Shown here: one piece after another, positions 9,013-18,762 of the stretch
Layout of the letters: every line of letters begins with the position of its first letter
How positions within the stretch are numbered: the first letter of the stretch is position 1
Source: Pseudomonadota bacterium
GTDB lineage: Bacteria; Bdellovibrionota; FAC87; UBA2466
DNA length: 64,000 bases
Assembly: GCA_009927165.1 (NCBI GenBank)
Contig: RFNO01000117.1
Span: 14,468 to 78,467 of the forward strand
Direction: 5' to 3'
The notes under the pieces: model-generated
Databases searched by the model: none
What the model was told of the DNA's origin: nothing
Seen by the model: only the letters and a program-made list of their open reading frames with translations
Program-made: the position numbers and the translations under genes

Positions 9013-11400
9013 TTAACCCGCCTTTTTTGGGGGTTGAGGATTCCCGGATTTTTGAGGATCAGGTAATGGATCGATTAAATTTTTCTGTCCAGGATATTCA
9101 ATTCGATGATGATAAAGTGCTGTAAGAGTTCTAGTAAATGTCTCTTCAATAAGCTTTAACTCGCGTTGAGTAAGATCACAATCCGTAAACTGCTCTTCGA
9201 GAAATCGCTTTTGGATAATACTGCTTACCATGGCTTGGACCTTAGCAGGCGTTGGGTCATTGATACTGCGAGTGGCTGCTTCGCAGGCATCTGCCATCAT
9301 GACAATCCCTGCTTCTCGAGACTGAGGTTTGGGACCTGGATATCTAAAGTCCATTTCCTGGGGCTCAGGATGTTCCTGAGACTGGGTGCTGAGATATTTG
9401 GCTTTATTAAAAAAGTAATTTGCCAAAGTTGTCCCATGATGTTGCTCGATGATGTTGTTGATCGAATCCCCCAGATTATGTTCTTTGCCCAAGCGAACTC
9501 CATTCTTTACATGAGCAAACAATATTTTTGCAGACATGTGGGGCGTGAGATGATCGTGAGGATTGTTATGGGGAGATTGATTTTCAATGAAGTACAGAGG
9601 TTTCGTCATTTTTCCAATGTCGTGATAATAAGCCGATACTCTTGCGAGAAGAGGATTAGCTCCTATTTTGTCTGCAGCTAGTTCAGCCAAGCTCCCCACT
9701 ATCACTGAGTGATGATAAGTCCCCGGTGCTTTCATCATCAAGTTGTGGAGCAAGGGGTGGTTGAAGTTTGAGAGTTCTAAAAGTTTCAGGCTGGTTGTGT
9801 AACCAAATGCAGACTCCAGCAAAGGAATGAGCAAGCCGGAGAGACCAACTGAAAACAAACCAGAAATAAACGACAAAGTAACGCAAATTAAAAGGTCAGA
9901 CCAAATCGGATTTTTATATCCCAAAACATTAATCATGGTAAATGCGAGCACAATGAGTGCTCCAGTAGCGCCTGACAAAACTCCAGTTTTCAAAAGGTCG
10001 GATCGTTGACGGTAGGATTTGATGGACTCAATGGCTGTGGCATTGACCACCAGGGACCATAGAGCAAAGAAAAAGTGTTGGTCAAGCATGTAACCAATGA
10101 TCATGCTAGTAGCAATTGCATAAGTATAAGCAGCAGTTTTTCCCATCAGCAAACTGATGATGATTCCCCCTGTGGAAACTGGAATTAGGTATTCCAAACC
10201 GTAGCCTTCAAGAAAGGTGGAAAACCGACTTTGTGCGAACAGATAGCCAAGTTTCAGTAAAGCGAGCGATCCCGTGATAGCCAACATGAAAAGCAATGAA
10301 TCTTTGAAAGACAGTGACCAGAAGGTTTTGGGAGAGAAGTTCATGTTGAATAACAAATGAAGAAAGATAGCAAAAATGATGAAAGTGAGAAAAAAGCGTT
10401 TGAGCTGATTTTGTGGAGAGCTTAGATCTTGGAGAGCTCGAAGAAGTTCGAGACTTTGCTCAGTGATCCTTTCTCCTCGAGCCACAATGACTTGTCCTTC
10501 TTTTAAAGCTACCAACGACGGGCGACTACTGGCTAAAAAAGCGTCAATACGTTTTTGAGTGAGAGATGGGTTGTGAATCAAATTGGGCGGAATGATATCG
10601 GAAATCAATCGAGCGATGGGCACTGTCAATTGTTTAGACTGTTCTTTCAGTCGCTGGGGCGAAAGCTCAACTACTTTTCTTGCTTCGTCTAGACTTAAAA
10701 TTTTTGTGAGGTCTTGAATAGGAAATTCATGAAAGTTGTGATTAGTTTCTCTGACAATAATGCCCGTTCCATAGTAAAGCGAGAAGAGCTCCATTTCAGA
10801 AATAAGTCTTTCTTTGAGGTTTGAAGCAATTCTTACAAAGATTTCCTCAGCTTCTTTGCTGAATTTGACTTGATGTAAAAAGATGAGATCCCGTGCCGAA
10901 ATAGGTTGTCCGGTGATTTCTATAAGCCGTCGAGTGGTAATTTCCGAAGGAGCCTGTTTCCATGCACCACGATCATTTTTATAAAAGTCGGTACGTAAAG
11001 TTCTGAACGCCTGTTTCCATTTGTCGAGCCAGCCTTTGATGAGGGAATCGTCGTAGTCGAAGATCGGAGGTACTCTTTTCTGGAGAGCCTCTTTTTCTTG
11101 AGGAGATGCTTCTTTAGGTTCGATTTCTACTGTGAATGGCGCAACTAAAGTGACTTCGGCAAAGTCTCCCAGGCGGGGAAGTTCCGGCGGAATTTTTGCT
11201 TGATGGCTTCGTCCCAGAACAAAAGCGATACAAAAAGCGAAGATTACACAATAAAACAAACGCGCAAAAAATTGTCGGCGATGAGGTTTTCCTTCTTTAA
11301 CGATGTCTGAGGTTTTTCCTTCATAGGCGCGCGCAAACTGTTCTACCAACAGGTGAACCAGCTCTCCCAACTTCTTCCATTTTTGCGCCAAAGTGTTCAA
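9013..11400 (-). CDS. pgpH: 7TM-HD (HDIG) phosphohydrolase, PgpH-like c-di-AMP phosphodiesterase
   Basis: Extracytoplasmic domain, multiple TM helices, APGTYHHS, YYHDIGK, YFIENQ, QHHGT, RYPGPKP; adjacent to ybeY. Confidence 0.8.
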   Translation of the reverse strand: MNTLAQKWKKLGELVHLLVEQFARAYEGKTSDIVKEGKPHRRQFFARLFYCVIFAFCIAFVLGRSHQAKIPPELPRLGDFAEVTLVAPFTVEIEPKEASPQEKEALQKRVPPIFDYDDSLIKGWLDKWKQAFRTLRTDFYKNDRGAWKQAPSEITTRRLIEITGQPISARDLIFLHQVKFSKEAEEIFVRIASNLKERLISEMELFSLYYGTGIIVRETNHNFHEFPIQDLTKILSLDEARKVVELSPQRLKEQSKQLTVPIARLISDIIPPNLIHNPSLTQKRIDAFLASSRPSLVALKEGQVIVARGERITEQSLELLRALQDLSSPQNQLKRFFLTFIIFAIFLHLLFNMNFSPKTFWSLSFKDSLLFMLAITGSLALLKLGYLFAQSRFSTFLEGYGLEYLIPVSTGGIIISLLMGKTAAYTYAIATSMIIGYMLDQHFFFALWSLVVNATAIESIKSYRQRSDLLKTGVLSGATGALIVLAFTMINVLGYKNPIWSDLLICVTLSFISGLFSVGLSGLLIPLLESAFGYTTSLKLLELSNFNHPLLHNLMMKAPGTYHHSVIVGSLAELAADKIGANPLLARVSAYYHDIGKMTKPLYFIENQSPHNNPHDHLTPHMSAKILFAHVKNGVRLGKEHNLGDSINNIIEQHHGTTLANYFFNKAKYLSTQSQEHPEPQEMDFRYPGPKPQSREAGIVMMADACEAATRSINDPTPAKVQAMVSSIIQKRFLEEQFTDCDLTQRELKLIEETFTRTLTALYHHRIEYPGQKNLIDPLPDPQKSGNPQPPKKAG

Positions 11401-11478
11401 TTAAGGAGTTACCTTTCCGTAACTCTTATCGGCTTATTCAGGGGGAAAAACGAGGGAAGGAAATGTGCGGAGAGTCAT

Positions 11479-11518
11479 AAAAAAAGGCCCAACCCGAAGA
11501 AGTCTTCGAAATTGGGCC
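11479..11518 (-). terminator. Intrinsic terminator of the small secreted-protein gene
   Basis: Minus strand GGCCCAATTTCGAAG-loop-CTTCGGGTTGGGCC followed by a T run. Confidence 0.8.
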
Positions 11519-11549
11519 GGTTGCTATTGCTAGCAAATTTCCGCGCTAA

Positions 11550-11852
11550 TTAGTGACCAGCGGGAGGAGCAACAGGAGCTGTTTCTGTTGTAGTTCCCAT
11601 GTGCTCTTTTACAGCATCTTTTGCTGCGTCTACTTTTTCTTCAGCTTTTTTCATGGCTTTTTTAGCGCCTTTTTTCCATGTTTTTGCTGTTTTAGCAGCC
11701 GTTTGTTCAACAGCTGCAGCACCTTCTTTTACCGTTTCAGTGGTAGCTTCAGCAGCTTTTTCAACTTTATCCATTGCTTTTTCGGGGTGATCAGCAAGGG
11801 CAGGAACTGCAATGAGTCCCAAGGTTACTAGGATGTTTAACAGTGCTTTCAT
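11550..11852 (-). CDS. Small secreted Ala/Lys/Glu-rich protein
   Basis: AAGGAG RBS before ATG 11852; signal peptide MKALLNILVTLGLIAVPALA; amphipathic repeats; own terminator. Confidence 0.75.
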   Translation of the reverse strand: MKALLNILVTLGLIAVPALADHPEKAMDKVEKAAEATTETVKEGAAAVEQTAAKTAKTWKKGAKKAMKKAEEKVDAAKDAVKEHMGTTTETAPVAPPAGH

Positions 11853-12108
11853 GAGTTTCTCCTTAAGAGTTTTAGTTTGAGTCTCAAACAACTGACAGAG
11901 TTTACAGTTAAGTAGTTGATATGGCAACGTTTGTATCATTCTTTTTCAAGACACTATCAGAGTGTCTCCTGGGGGATTGAAAGGTGAGTTCAAAAACAGC
12001 GACAACATTTTAGGTAATAAAAACAATGATTTAATATCGGTATCGAGAGGGTTGCAGCATTAATTATTTTGAATTAACATGCCGCAACATGCTAGAGGGG
12101 GGTAGGAT

Positions 12109-13011
12109 TTGAGATTCTTAAGTCACGTTGTTTTTATCTTTTTGGTTTCGGGAGCGATAGCCGGAGCTGATACCGTGACTCTTGAAACCTACGGAGACTC
12201 GTTAACAGCCGGATTTCTCGCAAACACGTTATTGACGAATCCTCCTCCCATTTCTGAACTCAGTAAGACGTTGCAGAATCTTGCTTTTGCTTTTTTGCAA
12301 AAAGATCGAACTCTCTTAAAACAATTTGAATCTAACGAGAACGCTTGGCCCTATTTTTTTGCGAAGAATTTGGCGCGTGAGGGAATTGTTGTTTCTGAAG
12401 TAGTGAATTTAGCTATTTCAGGAAGCCGAAGTTCAGAAATTCCTCGCCAAGTAAAACAGCGAGGTGTTTCAAGCGCTCATACTTGGGCATTATTCTTTGT
12501 GGGACATAATGATCTTTGTCATGTCCCGGGAGATTCAACGGTATTAACTCAGCAATTTCAAGAGCACCTCAATGCTGCCATGGAGGAGTGGGAAAAAAAT
12601 CACGAGGGCTCAAATGTATTTTTAATTCCTGCCGCCCCCATTTATGAGTTGTATCCAGTGCTGGATAACTACACTTGGTTTGAAAGTGAAAAAAAATCAT
12701 TTAAGTGTCAGGATGCTTGGACCAAGTACTTTCCGTATTGTGCCCATTTTTTTCAGCGATACAAAAAAGGTGAGTTAGAAAGTTATCTGAAGCCTCGAAC
12801 CCAAGCACTCAATTCATCTTTAGAGGAAATAGCTAAGAAGTGGGACAGCAAAAGTTCGGGCAAAAATACTTATCGATTCTTGGAAGCTCAATGGCCGTCT
12901 CCTTTGAGGCCCGAGCTTTTTGCGATGGATTGTTATCATATTGCAGCTCCTGGCCAGCAGATTTTCGCTGAAAACATTCTGGCTGCTATTCAGAAGCTTC
13001 TAAAAAGGTAA
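12109..13011 (+). CDS. Secreted SGNH/GDSL family hydrolase
   Basis: Signal peptide; GDSL, NLAISG, GHND and DCYH catalytic blocks. Confidence 0.85.
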   Translation: MRFLSHVVFIFLVSGAIAGADTVTLETYGDSLTAGFLANTLLTNPPPISELSKTLQNLAFAFLQKDRTLLKQFESNENAWPYFFAKNLAREGIVVSEVVNLAISGSRSSEIPRQVKQRGVSSAHTWALFFVGHNDLCHVPGDSTVLTQQFQEHLNAAMEEWEKNHEGSNVFLIPAAPIYELYPVLDNYTWFESEKKSFKCQDAWTKYFPYCAHFFQRYKKGELESYLKPRTQALNSSLEEIAKKWDSKSSGKNTYRFLEAQWPSPLRPELFAMDCYHIAAPGQQIFAENILAAIQKLLKR

Positions 13012-13177
13012 AAAGCTTAAGAAAAAACACTGTCTAGTTCCTCTTCAAACTATCAAAAACTTAGGCACTTTCTAAGTACTTGAAACTAATTAGTAATTCA
13101 CTTTTGAACCGAGCGCATTTGGGCACACCCTTATTAAGGGCTGAGATAACAGTGCCTGGAAATCACTCAAACTGTTC

Positions 13178-13194
13178 TTGGCAGACTGATTGCA
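13178..13194 (+). promoter_or_regulatory. sigma54 (-24/-12) promoter
   Basis: TTGGCAGACTGATTGCA with exact GG-N10-GC spacing; IHF-like TAAGTACTTGAAA at 13073-13085 upstream. Confidence 0.75.
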
Positions 13195-13319
13195 ACTCAC
13201 GGCCTTGAGCCGCTCTCCGTGTGGGGAGCTAACTCTGTAGACCTTCTGTTTAAAGAAGAGTCTCAGAGTTGTGTGCTCTGTTTATCGATGAGTGGAATTT
13301 GTTTTCGCGGAGTGGTCTG

Positions 13320-14807
13320 ATGAAAAAGCAAGCGGTTCGTAATTCAGTTTTGGCAGCAGCGCTGGGTGTAGTGATGGTTATTCCCGTCCTTAGCTATGCT
13401 GAAAGTTTTGATGAGTACAATGCAAGCTTCAAAAAAGACTTGCCGAAAGTTGATGCTCTTTTAAAAGGCTCTGCTCCTGGGGCTTCATCGGAGAGTTTAA
13501 GAGAAACAGTCGCTTCCAATTTAGCACAAGCTGCTGAAGGCCTTGAGCTGGGGGGCGCACGAAAAGAATTGTTTGAAGAAGAAACCAAACTTCAAAAATG
13601 GCACGATAAAATTAAAAAGGCCAACGCTCTTGGGCCTGCTATGGACAGCTTTGTTAAGAAGGCAATCAGTGATCGCAGCTTGAAACTTGATAAAGCACAA
13701 GAATTGACTAGCCAGCTTTCGGCTTCAACTCCTTTTATTAATCCAGCTGATTTTGACGTTAGCTCCTTGGCAAATTCTTGCCAAAATGGGGTGGATTTTA
13801 GTCCTCTGCTCCAAATGGCTCAAAATTTTGGTACTGACAAAGTCGATTATTTGAGACGTAAGGCACAAGCTCTTCTCGAAGAGAAATCCGAAGACGCAAA
13901 AGCTCTAGAGAAAAAGAAAATTCTTGATTTGATTTCAAACTTGAAAGAATTGAATGCTAACAATGAAGCGCTTGATGCAGATGCGCTTAAGCCCGAAGAA
14001 GCAGCTAAATTAGATAGCATTCAAGCGATTGAGTCACGATTAGCAAAACTAAAGAAAGAAAAAAATCCTCAAGCTAAAGCACAGTTCAAACAAATCGAGT
14101 CTGATTTGGTGGGAAAATTCCAGAGCTTCACTGAGCAGTTATTTCAAATTCGAGACAATGACAAACGCGTCCAAATTTTAGGAGACGAGTTTGCTCGTGG
14201 AATTGAGCAACAACAACAATTCATGATGATGATTGCTCAACAAGCTACCAGCCGATTGGTTGAAAATTGCGTGCAAGAAACCGACGGAATTTTCCAGGAA
14301 ATTGATAACACTCGAGCCTACTTATCTCCTATCGTAGGAAGTCGAGTAGCTGGTTTAGATGCCTTAGCTCAAGAAAGAAGAGCAAATAGCATGGGATTCA
14401 TCCGAGGCGACGTGAACAGCGCATGCCCCGACGTGAGTACTACTTTACAAGGCACTATCGGAGGATTCTTTAACACTGATTTACCCAATCAGCTTCAAGC
14501 AGTTCGCAGTACCAAAAATCCAGCAAAAATGCTGACTGAAGCCATTGGAGTCATGGACTCTATCCGTAACATGCAAGCTCAGTTGGGACCTTCATTGCAA
14601 CCCCTGATGGAAGGTTGCGATACTGCAAGCCGAATTCGAGAAAGTTTACGTCAGCGAGCCCAAAACTCTCAAAACAGAAACTCGGGCAACGCTTCGACAA
14701 CAGGTTTGAACAATACGACACCAGGAGTTCCCCGAAATTCGGTGAACAACTTCCCTGGTTCACCCAATGGGTTTGGTACCATACCGACTCATACGTTCCG
14801 TCGATAG
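13320..14807 (+). CDS. Large secreted alpha-helical hypothetical protein (protein A)
   Basis: GGAG RBS before ATG 13320; signal peptide ending SYA; coiled-coil character, four Cys and an N/G/P-rich tail. Confidence 0.8.
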   Translation: MKKQAVRNSVLAAALGVVMVIPVLSYAESFDEYNASFKKDLPKVDALLKGSAPGASSESLRETVASNLAQAAEGLELGGARKELFEEETKLQKWHDKIKKANALGPAMDSFVKKAISDRSLKLDKAQELTSQLSASTPFINPADFDVSSLANSCQNGVDFSPLLQMAQNFGTDKVDYLRRKAQALLEEKSEDAKALEKKKILDLISNLKELNANNEALDADALKPEEAAKLDSIQAIESRLAKLKKEKNPQAKAQFKQIESDLVGKFQSFTEQLFQIRDNDKRVQILGDEFARGIEQQQQFMMMIAQQATSRLVENCVQETDGIFQEIDNTRAYLSPIVGSRVAGLDALAQERRANSMGFIRGDVNSACPDVSTTLQGTIGGFFNTDLPNQLQAVRSTKNPAKMLTEAIGVMDSIRNMQAQLGPSLQPLMEGCDTASRIRESLRQRAQNSQNRNSGNASTTGLNNTTPGVPRNSVNNFPGSPNGFGTIPTHTFRR

Positions 14808-14828
14808 TTTAATTCCATCTCATAAACA

Positions 14829-14870
14829 GTTAGCCTGGGGGCACCAAAGCTCCCGGGCTAACGCTTTTTT
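14829..14870 (+). terminator. Intrinsic terminator after protein A gene
   Basis: GTTAGCCTGGGGGC/GCTCCCGGGCTAAC stem followed by GCTTTTTT. Confidence 0.75.
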
Positions 14871-14943
14871 AAAAGTCGTTCGTTTGACGACGCTGCCTCG
14901 GATTGGTAGCTTTAGAGCGAAATCAATGCGGGGGTACTACAGC

Positions 14944-15804
14944 GTGTCAGACATCGTTTCGCAGATTCAGAAAGTAAGCGTCATTGGCTCTGGGACTATG
15001 GGGAATGGAATTGCCCAGGTCGCCGCTACTGCCGGATATCAAGTTATCCTTTTTGATATTTCAGGGGAACAGCTTGAGAAAGCTCTCCAGACCATCAAAA
15101 AAAGTCTCATGAAGCTGGAAGAAAAGGGAAAGCTCAAAGAACCCACCAGTGATGTTTTTAAACGATTAAAATCCACCACTCAGTTTGCTGACTTAAAAAA
15201 TAGCGATTTTGTCATTGAGGCGGCTACTGAGAACAGAGAAATCAAATTCAAATTATTTGCCGATCTGGATGCGCTGTTAACTCCAGGAGTTGTCATTGCT
15301 ACCAATACTTCATCCATTTCAGTAACTGAAGTAGCCAGCAAGACCAAACGTCCTCATTTGATTGCTGGCATGCACTTCATGAATCCAGTTCCTCTAATGA
15401 CACTCGTTGAGGGAATTCGAGGCTTAGCGACTGACGATTCTTGCTTTAAAGTCGTGAGACAAGTCGCTGAGAAAATGGGAAAAGTCTTTATTGAAGCTCA
15501 GGATTCCCCTGGGTTTGCCGTAAACCGTGTTTTAATGCCCATGATCAACGAAGCTTTTTTTGCTCTGCAAGAAAACTTGGCTTCGGCAAAAGACATCGAT
15601 TCTGCCATGAAGTTGGGTTGTAATTTTCCGATGGGTCCTTTGGAATTAGCGGACTTTGTTGGATTGGACGTGTGTTTGTTTGTAATGGAAGTGTTGCATA
15701 GAGATTTGGGTGACTCAAAATATCGACCCGCTCCCTTGCTTCGGAAATATGTTGAGGCGGGGTGGAAGGGTCGAAAAACTAATAGGGGGGTCTATGTTTA
15801 TTGA
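14944..15804 (+). CDS. hbd: 3-hydroxybutyryl-CoA dehydrogenase
   Basis: [38 protein letters not shown]; GTG start at 14944 after a G-rich RBS. Confidence 0.9.
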   Translation: MSDIVSQIQKVSVIGSGTMGNGIAQVAATAGYQVILFDISGEQLEKALQTIKKSLMKLEEKGKLKEPTSDVFKRLKSTTQFADLKNSDFVIEAATENREIKFKLFADLDALLTPGVVIATNTSSISVTEVASKTKRPHLIAGMHFMNPVPLMTLVEGIRGLATDDSCFKVVRQVAEKMGKVFIEAQDSPGFAVNRVLMPMINEAFFALQENLASAKDIDSAMKLGCNFPMGPLELADFVGLDVCLFVMEVLHRDLGDSKYRPAPLLRKYVEAGWKGRKTNRGVYVY

Positions 15805-16411
15805 AGGAATTCCAGAGTTAAATGTAGATTCGGGGCTTGAGCAAGAAGAAATAGAAAAGCAAATCTCGGAATTTGAAAAAAAACAGTCCCCATTAATTGG
15901 TCTGCAAGCTTCCCTGGATAATTGGAAAAAAATCCAATCAGCGATTTGCGCTCTTCGCTCGGCAAATGTTTCAGCTCTGCTGGAACTGAGAAAGTCTAAT
16001 GAAGCACTTGAGGATGATGAGCTGATTTATGTCTTTGGCATTTTGCGTGATTGGGATCAATTGTACATTCAAAATTTTTTGGAACTTTGTGGAGATTGGG
16101 TTCCACAAGAGTTTCAGGAGATTTTAAAAAACGAAGCAAAAATAGAATTAAAATGGGCAAAAGAGTGGCTGACTGCAGCCACCGATCAACGAATTACCAA
16201 GTATCCCACACTGCCATGGAGAAGTTTTACGCGTAAGATTGTAGGGGAAAATTATCAGTTTGCCGTGAAATTTTTAGAGTTAGCGGCTGCTCCGGCAACT
16301 CCCGAAAACTTAACTGCTATTCATGCCCACATCAAAAGCTTTGTAGAGAGCAAGAAAAAGGTTGTTTGTGTGTTTCCTAAGAAATGGAAACAGGGGGCAA
16401 CAGAACACTAA
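15794..16411 (+). CDS. Hypothetical protein
   Basis: Overlaps the hbd stop and is coupled (TAATG) to the next gene; no motif recognised. Confidence 0.65.
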   Translation: MFIEGIPELNVDSGLEQEEIEKQISEFEKKQSPLIGLQASLDNWKKIQSAICALRSANVSALLELRKSNEALEDDELIYVFGILRDWDQLYIQNFLELCGDWVPQEFQEILKNEAKIELKWAKEWLTAATDQRITKYPTLPWRSFTRKIVGENYQFAVKFLELAAAPATPENLTAIHAHIKSFVESKKKVVCVFPKKWKQGATEH

Positions 16412-16800
16412 TGATTCGTGTCCTAGTAGCTAAACCAGGACTGGATGGTCATGATCGGGGTGCCAAGGTACTTGCGCATGCGCTGAGAGACGCTGGTATG
16501 GAAGTTATCTATACTGGGCTTCATCAAACTCCCCAAATGATTGTCAACACTGCCATACAAGAAGATGTTCAGGTTATTTGTGTGAGCATTCTTTCCGGAG
16601 CCCACCAGCGAGTATTTCCTGAAATTTTGACACTGTTAAAAGATAGAAAAGCCCAAGACATTCATGTTCTCGGAGGTGGGGTGATTCCAGATTCGGATGT
16701 CGTGGCTCTTAAAAAAATTGGCGTGAGAGAAGTGTTTACTGCCGCAAATTCTTTAAGTGAAATAGTAGCTTTTATTAAAAAGTTGCCTCTACCTCAGTAA
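16411..16800 (+). CDS. Cobalamin-binding subunit of methylmalonyl/isobutyryl-CoA mutase
   Basis: AKPGLDGHDRGAK (DxHxxG), SILSGAH, GGGVIP. Confidence 0.92.
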   Translation: MIRVLVAKPGLDGHDRGAKVLAHALRDAGMEVIYTGLHQTPQMIVNTAIQEDVQVICVSILSGAHQRVFPEILTLLKDRKAQDIHVLGGGVIPDSDVVALKKIGVREVFTAANSLSEIVAFIKKLPLPQ

Positions 16801-16802
16801 TC

Positions 16803-17285
16803 TCAAGTGTTTTTTTGTGTGTTTAAGCGATTTCGTTTTCGCTCTAAAGCACCTTGATAGCGTGCTTCTTCCTCTTTAGTTTTAGGCTTAAATGCTGGAA
16901 CAGGTGTGGGATCTCCATTGTCATCCACAGCAACGTAAGTGAGATAGGCATGAGTAGCCTTCTTGGTAACGCCAGTGATGCTATTTTCTGCTTCCACCAA
17001 AACTTCCACTTCCATTGATGTTTTTCCCGAGTAAGTAACTCGGGCGCGTGTTAGCACGGTATTTCCTTTTTTTATTGGAACAATGAAATGCAAGTAGTCG
17101 ATACTCACTGTTACTACAGGCCGTCGAGCAAACCGCATTGCTGCAATCGCGCCGGCCACGTCTATCCAACCCATTACGACGCCTCCAAAAATAGTACCAA
17201 GAGCATTGGTATGTTGAGGAAGAACGAGTTCTGTCATGAGTACGGAAAAACCATCTGCGTCAGTCGCGTTATGAGATTGGGTCAT
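16803..17285 (-). CDS. Acyl-CoA thioesterase (YciA-type hotdog fold)
   Basis: PQHTNALGTIFGG, VVTVS, GKTSMEV. Confidence 0.9.
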   Translation of the reverse strand: MTQSHNATDADGFSVLMTELVLPQHTNALGTIFGGVVMGWIDVAGAIAAMRFARRPVVTVSIDYLHFIVPIKKGNTVLTRARVTYSGKTSMEVEVLVEAENSITGVTKKATHAYLTYVAVDDNGDPTPVPAFKPKTKEEEARYQGALERKRNRLNTQKNT

Positions 17286-18316
17286 GGGTTTCCTTTTTGA
17301 CGGTTTCTGTTTATCTGAAAGTTTTTAACAAATCGCGTATGCTCAGCGTAGGTTTTTGAAAATAGATGTGAGCCATTATTGTTACTAACAAAAAAAAGGT
17401 AGTCTGTTTGTGCCGGATTAAGAACTGCCTCAATGGCATCGCCCCCGGGGCTTGCAATGGGTCCAGGTGGAAGTGCTGGAATGGTGTAAGTATTATAGGG
17501 AGTCATTCGCTGGAGGTCAGCTTTAGTGAGATTCCCGTTGAAGTTATCGATACCATAAATAGTGGTGGGATCGCTTTGTAATCGCATGCCTTTTTTCAAT
17601 CGATTTGAGAACACAGAAGCGATGAGCGGACGTTCCTGAGGGTTTCCCGTTTCTTTTTCGACAATTGAAGCAAGAGTCACTACGCGTTCTAGTGTCATCC
17701 CTGATTTCTGTATTTTGTCTTTAAAACGAGAATTAAGTTCCTGGAAAAACCGATTTACCATCTGCTCTAGAATTTTTTCCTCAGAATCCAGACGAGAAAT
17801 TAAATAAGTGTCTGGGTACAAAAACCCTTCCAAGTGAGGAGCCTGAAGATGATACCTTTCAGCTGATTTCTGAGAGAGGGCTAAAGCAGCAAACTTTTTA
17901 GAATCACCCAGTTGCTGCTGACCGATCAAGTCGGCAATTTGTTTAATATTCCATCCTTCTGGGATGGTTAAGGGATGGGTTACGGGCTCTGAATAATAGA
18001 GTGTTTTTAGCGTGTGTAGGAGATTTGCACCCAATGAAAATTTAAATTCGCCTGCACGCACATTTTTATTTCCTCGTGTTACTCGCAGCAGGAGACGAAA
18101 AAGTAGGGGTCTTTGAACAATACCTTCTTGGTGCAACACGTCGGTTACTGCTCTTAACGATAACCCTTTAGGAATAAGAACATCTTTGGTTTTTCCCGAT
18201 GGGGTTCCTTGAAGAAGGAGAAAAAAGAGAAGTATCCCCACGATGGGGATGAGAGCACCTCCTAAAAGGAGTACATTTCTGATAGAGCCTTTAGGTGAAT
18301 CTATTCTTCGTCCCAC
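17282..18316 (-). CDS. mltG: Endolytic transglycosylase MltG
   Basis: TIPEG, LEGFLYPDTY, LASIVEKE, LQSDPT, PYNTY, LPPGPI. Confidence 0.95.
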   Translation of the reverse strand: MGRRIDSPKGSIRNVLLLGGALIPIVGILLFFLLLQGTPSGKTKDVLIPKGLSLRAVTDVLHQEGIVQRPLLFRLLLRVTRGNKNVRAGEFKFSLGANLLHTLKTLYYSEPVTHPLTIPEGWNIKQIADLIGQQQLGDSKKFAALALSQKSAERYHLQAPHLEGFLYPDTYLISRLDSEEKILEQMVNRFFQELNSRFKDKIQKSGMTLERVVTLASIVEKETGNPQERPLIASVFSNRLKKGMRLQSDPTTIYGIDNFNGNLTKADLQRMTPYNTYTIPALPPGPIASPGGDAIEAVLNPAQTDYLFFVSNNNGSHLFSKTYAEHTRFVKNFQINRNRQKGNP

Positions 18317-18762
18317 GTTGATTCTTCCTTCTGATTTTTAAATCTCAGCCGGTCAAGATATCCTTGGAGGATAATACTCGCAGCAATTTGATCAATAACT
18401 TTTTTTCTGTTTTTTCTGGAAAAATCAGATTCAATAAGAGACCGTTCTGCTTGGACCGTAGTAAACCTTTCATCCCATTCCACGATCGGAACTGTGATGC
18501 CGTCTTGTAGCGCTGCGATATATTTTCGGATGTTCAGCGCATCCTTTCCTTCCTCCCCAAACTGATTTAACGGAAGACCAACGACCACTTCAGCGACTTC
18601 ATGAGTTTCTACGAGGTTTTTGATTTTCTCTAACCATGGTTTAATTTGAGTTTCTTCAACAGTGATAAGAGGACTTGCTAGCAAACGGGTTTCATCGGAA
18701 AGAGCTACTCCTGTGCGTTTGGAGCCAATATCTAAGCTCATTATTCGAGTTCTCGATGTCAT
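18301..18762 (-). CDS. ruvX: RuvX/YqgF pre-16S rRNA nuclease
   Basis: LDIGSKRTGVALSD, VVGLP, DERFTT, DQIAA; ATGA overlap with the upstream ALDH stop. Confidence 0.93.
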   Translation of the reverse strand: MTSRTRIMSLDIGSKRTGVALSDETRLLASPLITVEETQIKPWLEKIKNLVETHEVAEVVVGLPLNQFGEEGKDALNIRKYIAALQDGITVPIVEWDERFTTVQAERSLIESDFSRKNRKKVIDQIAASIILQGYLDRLRFKNQKEESTWDEE

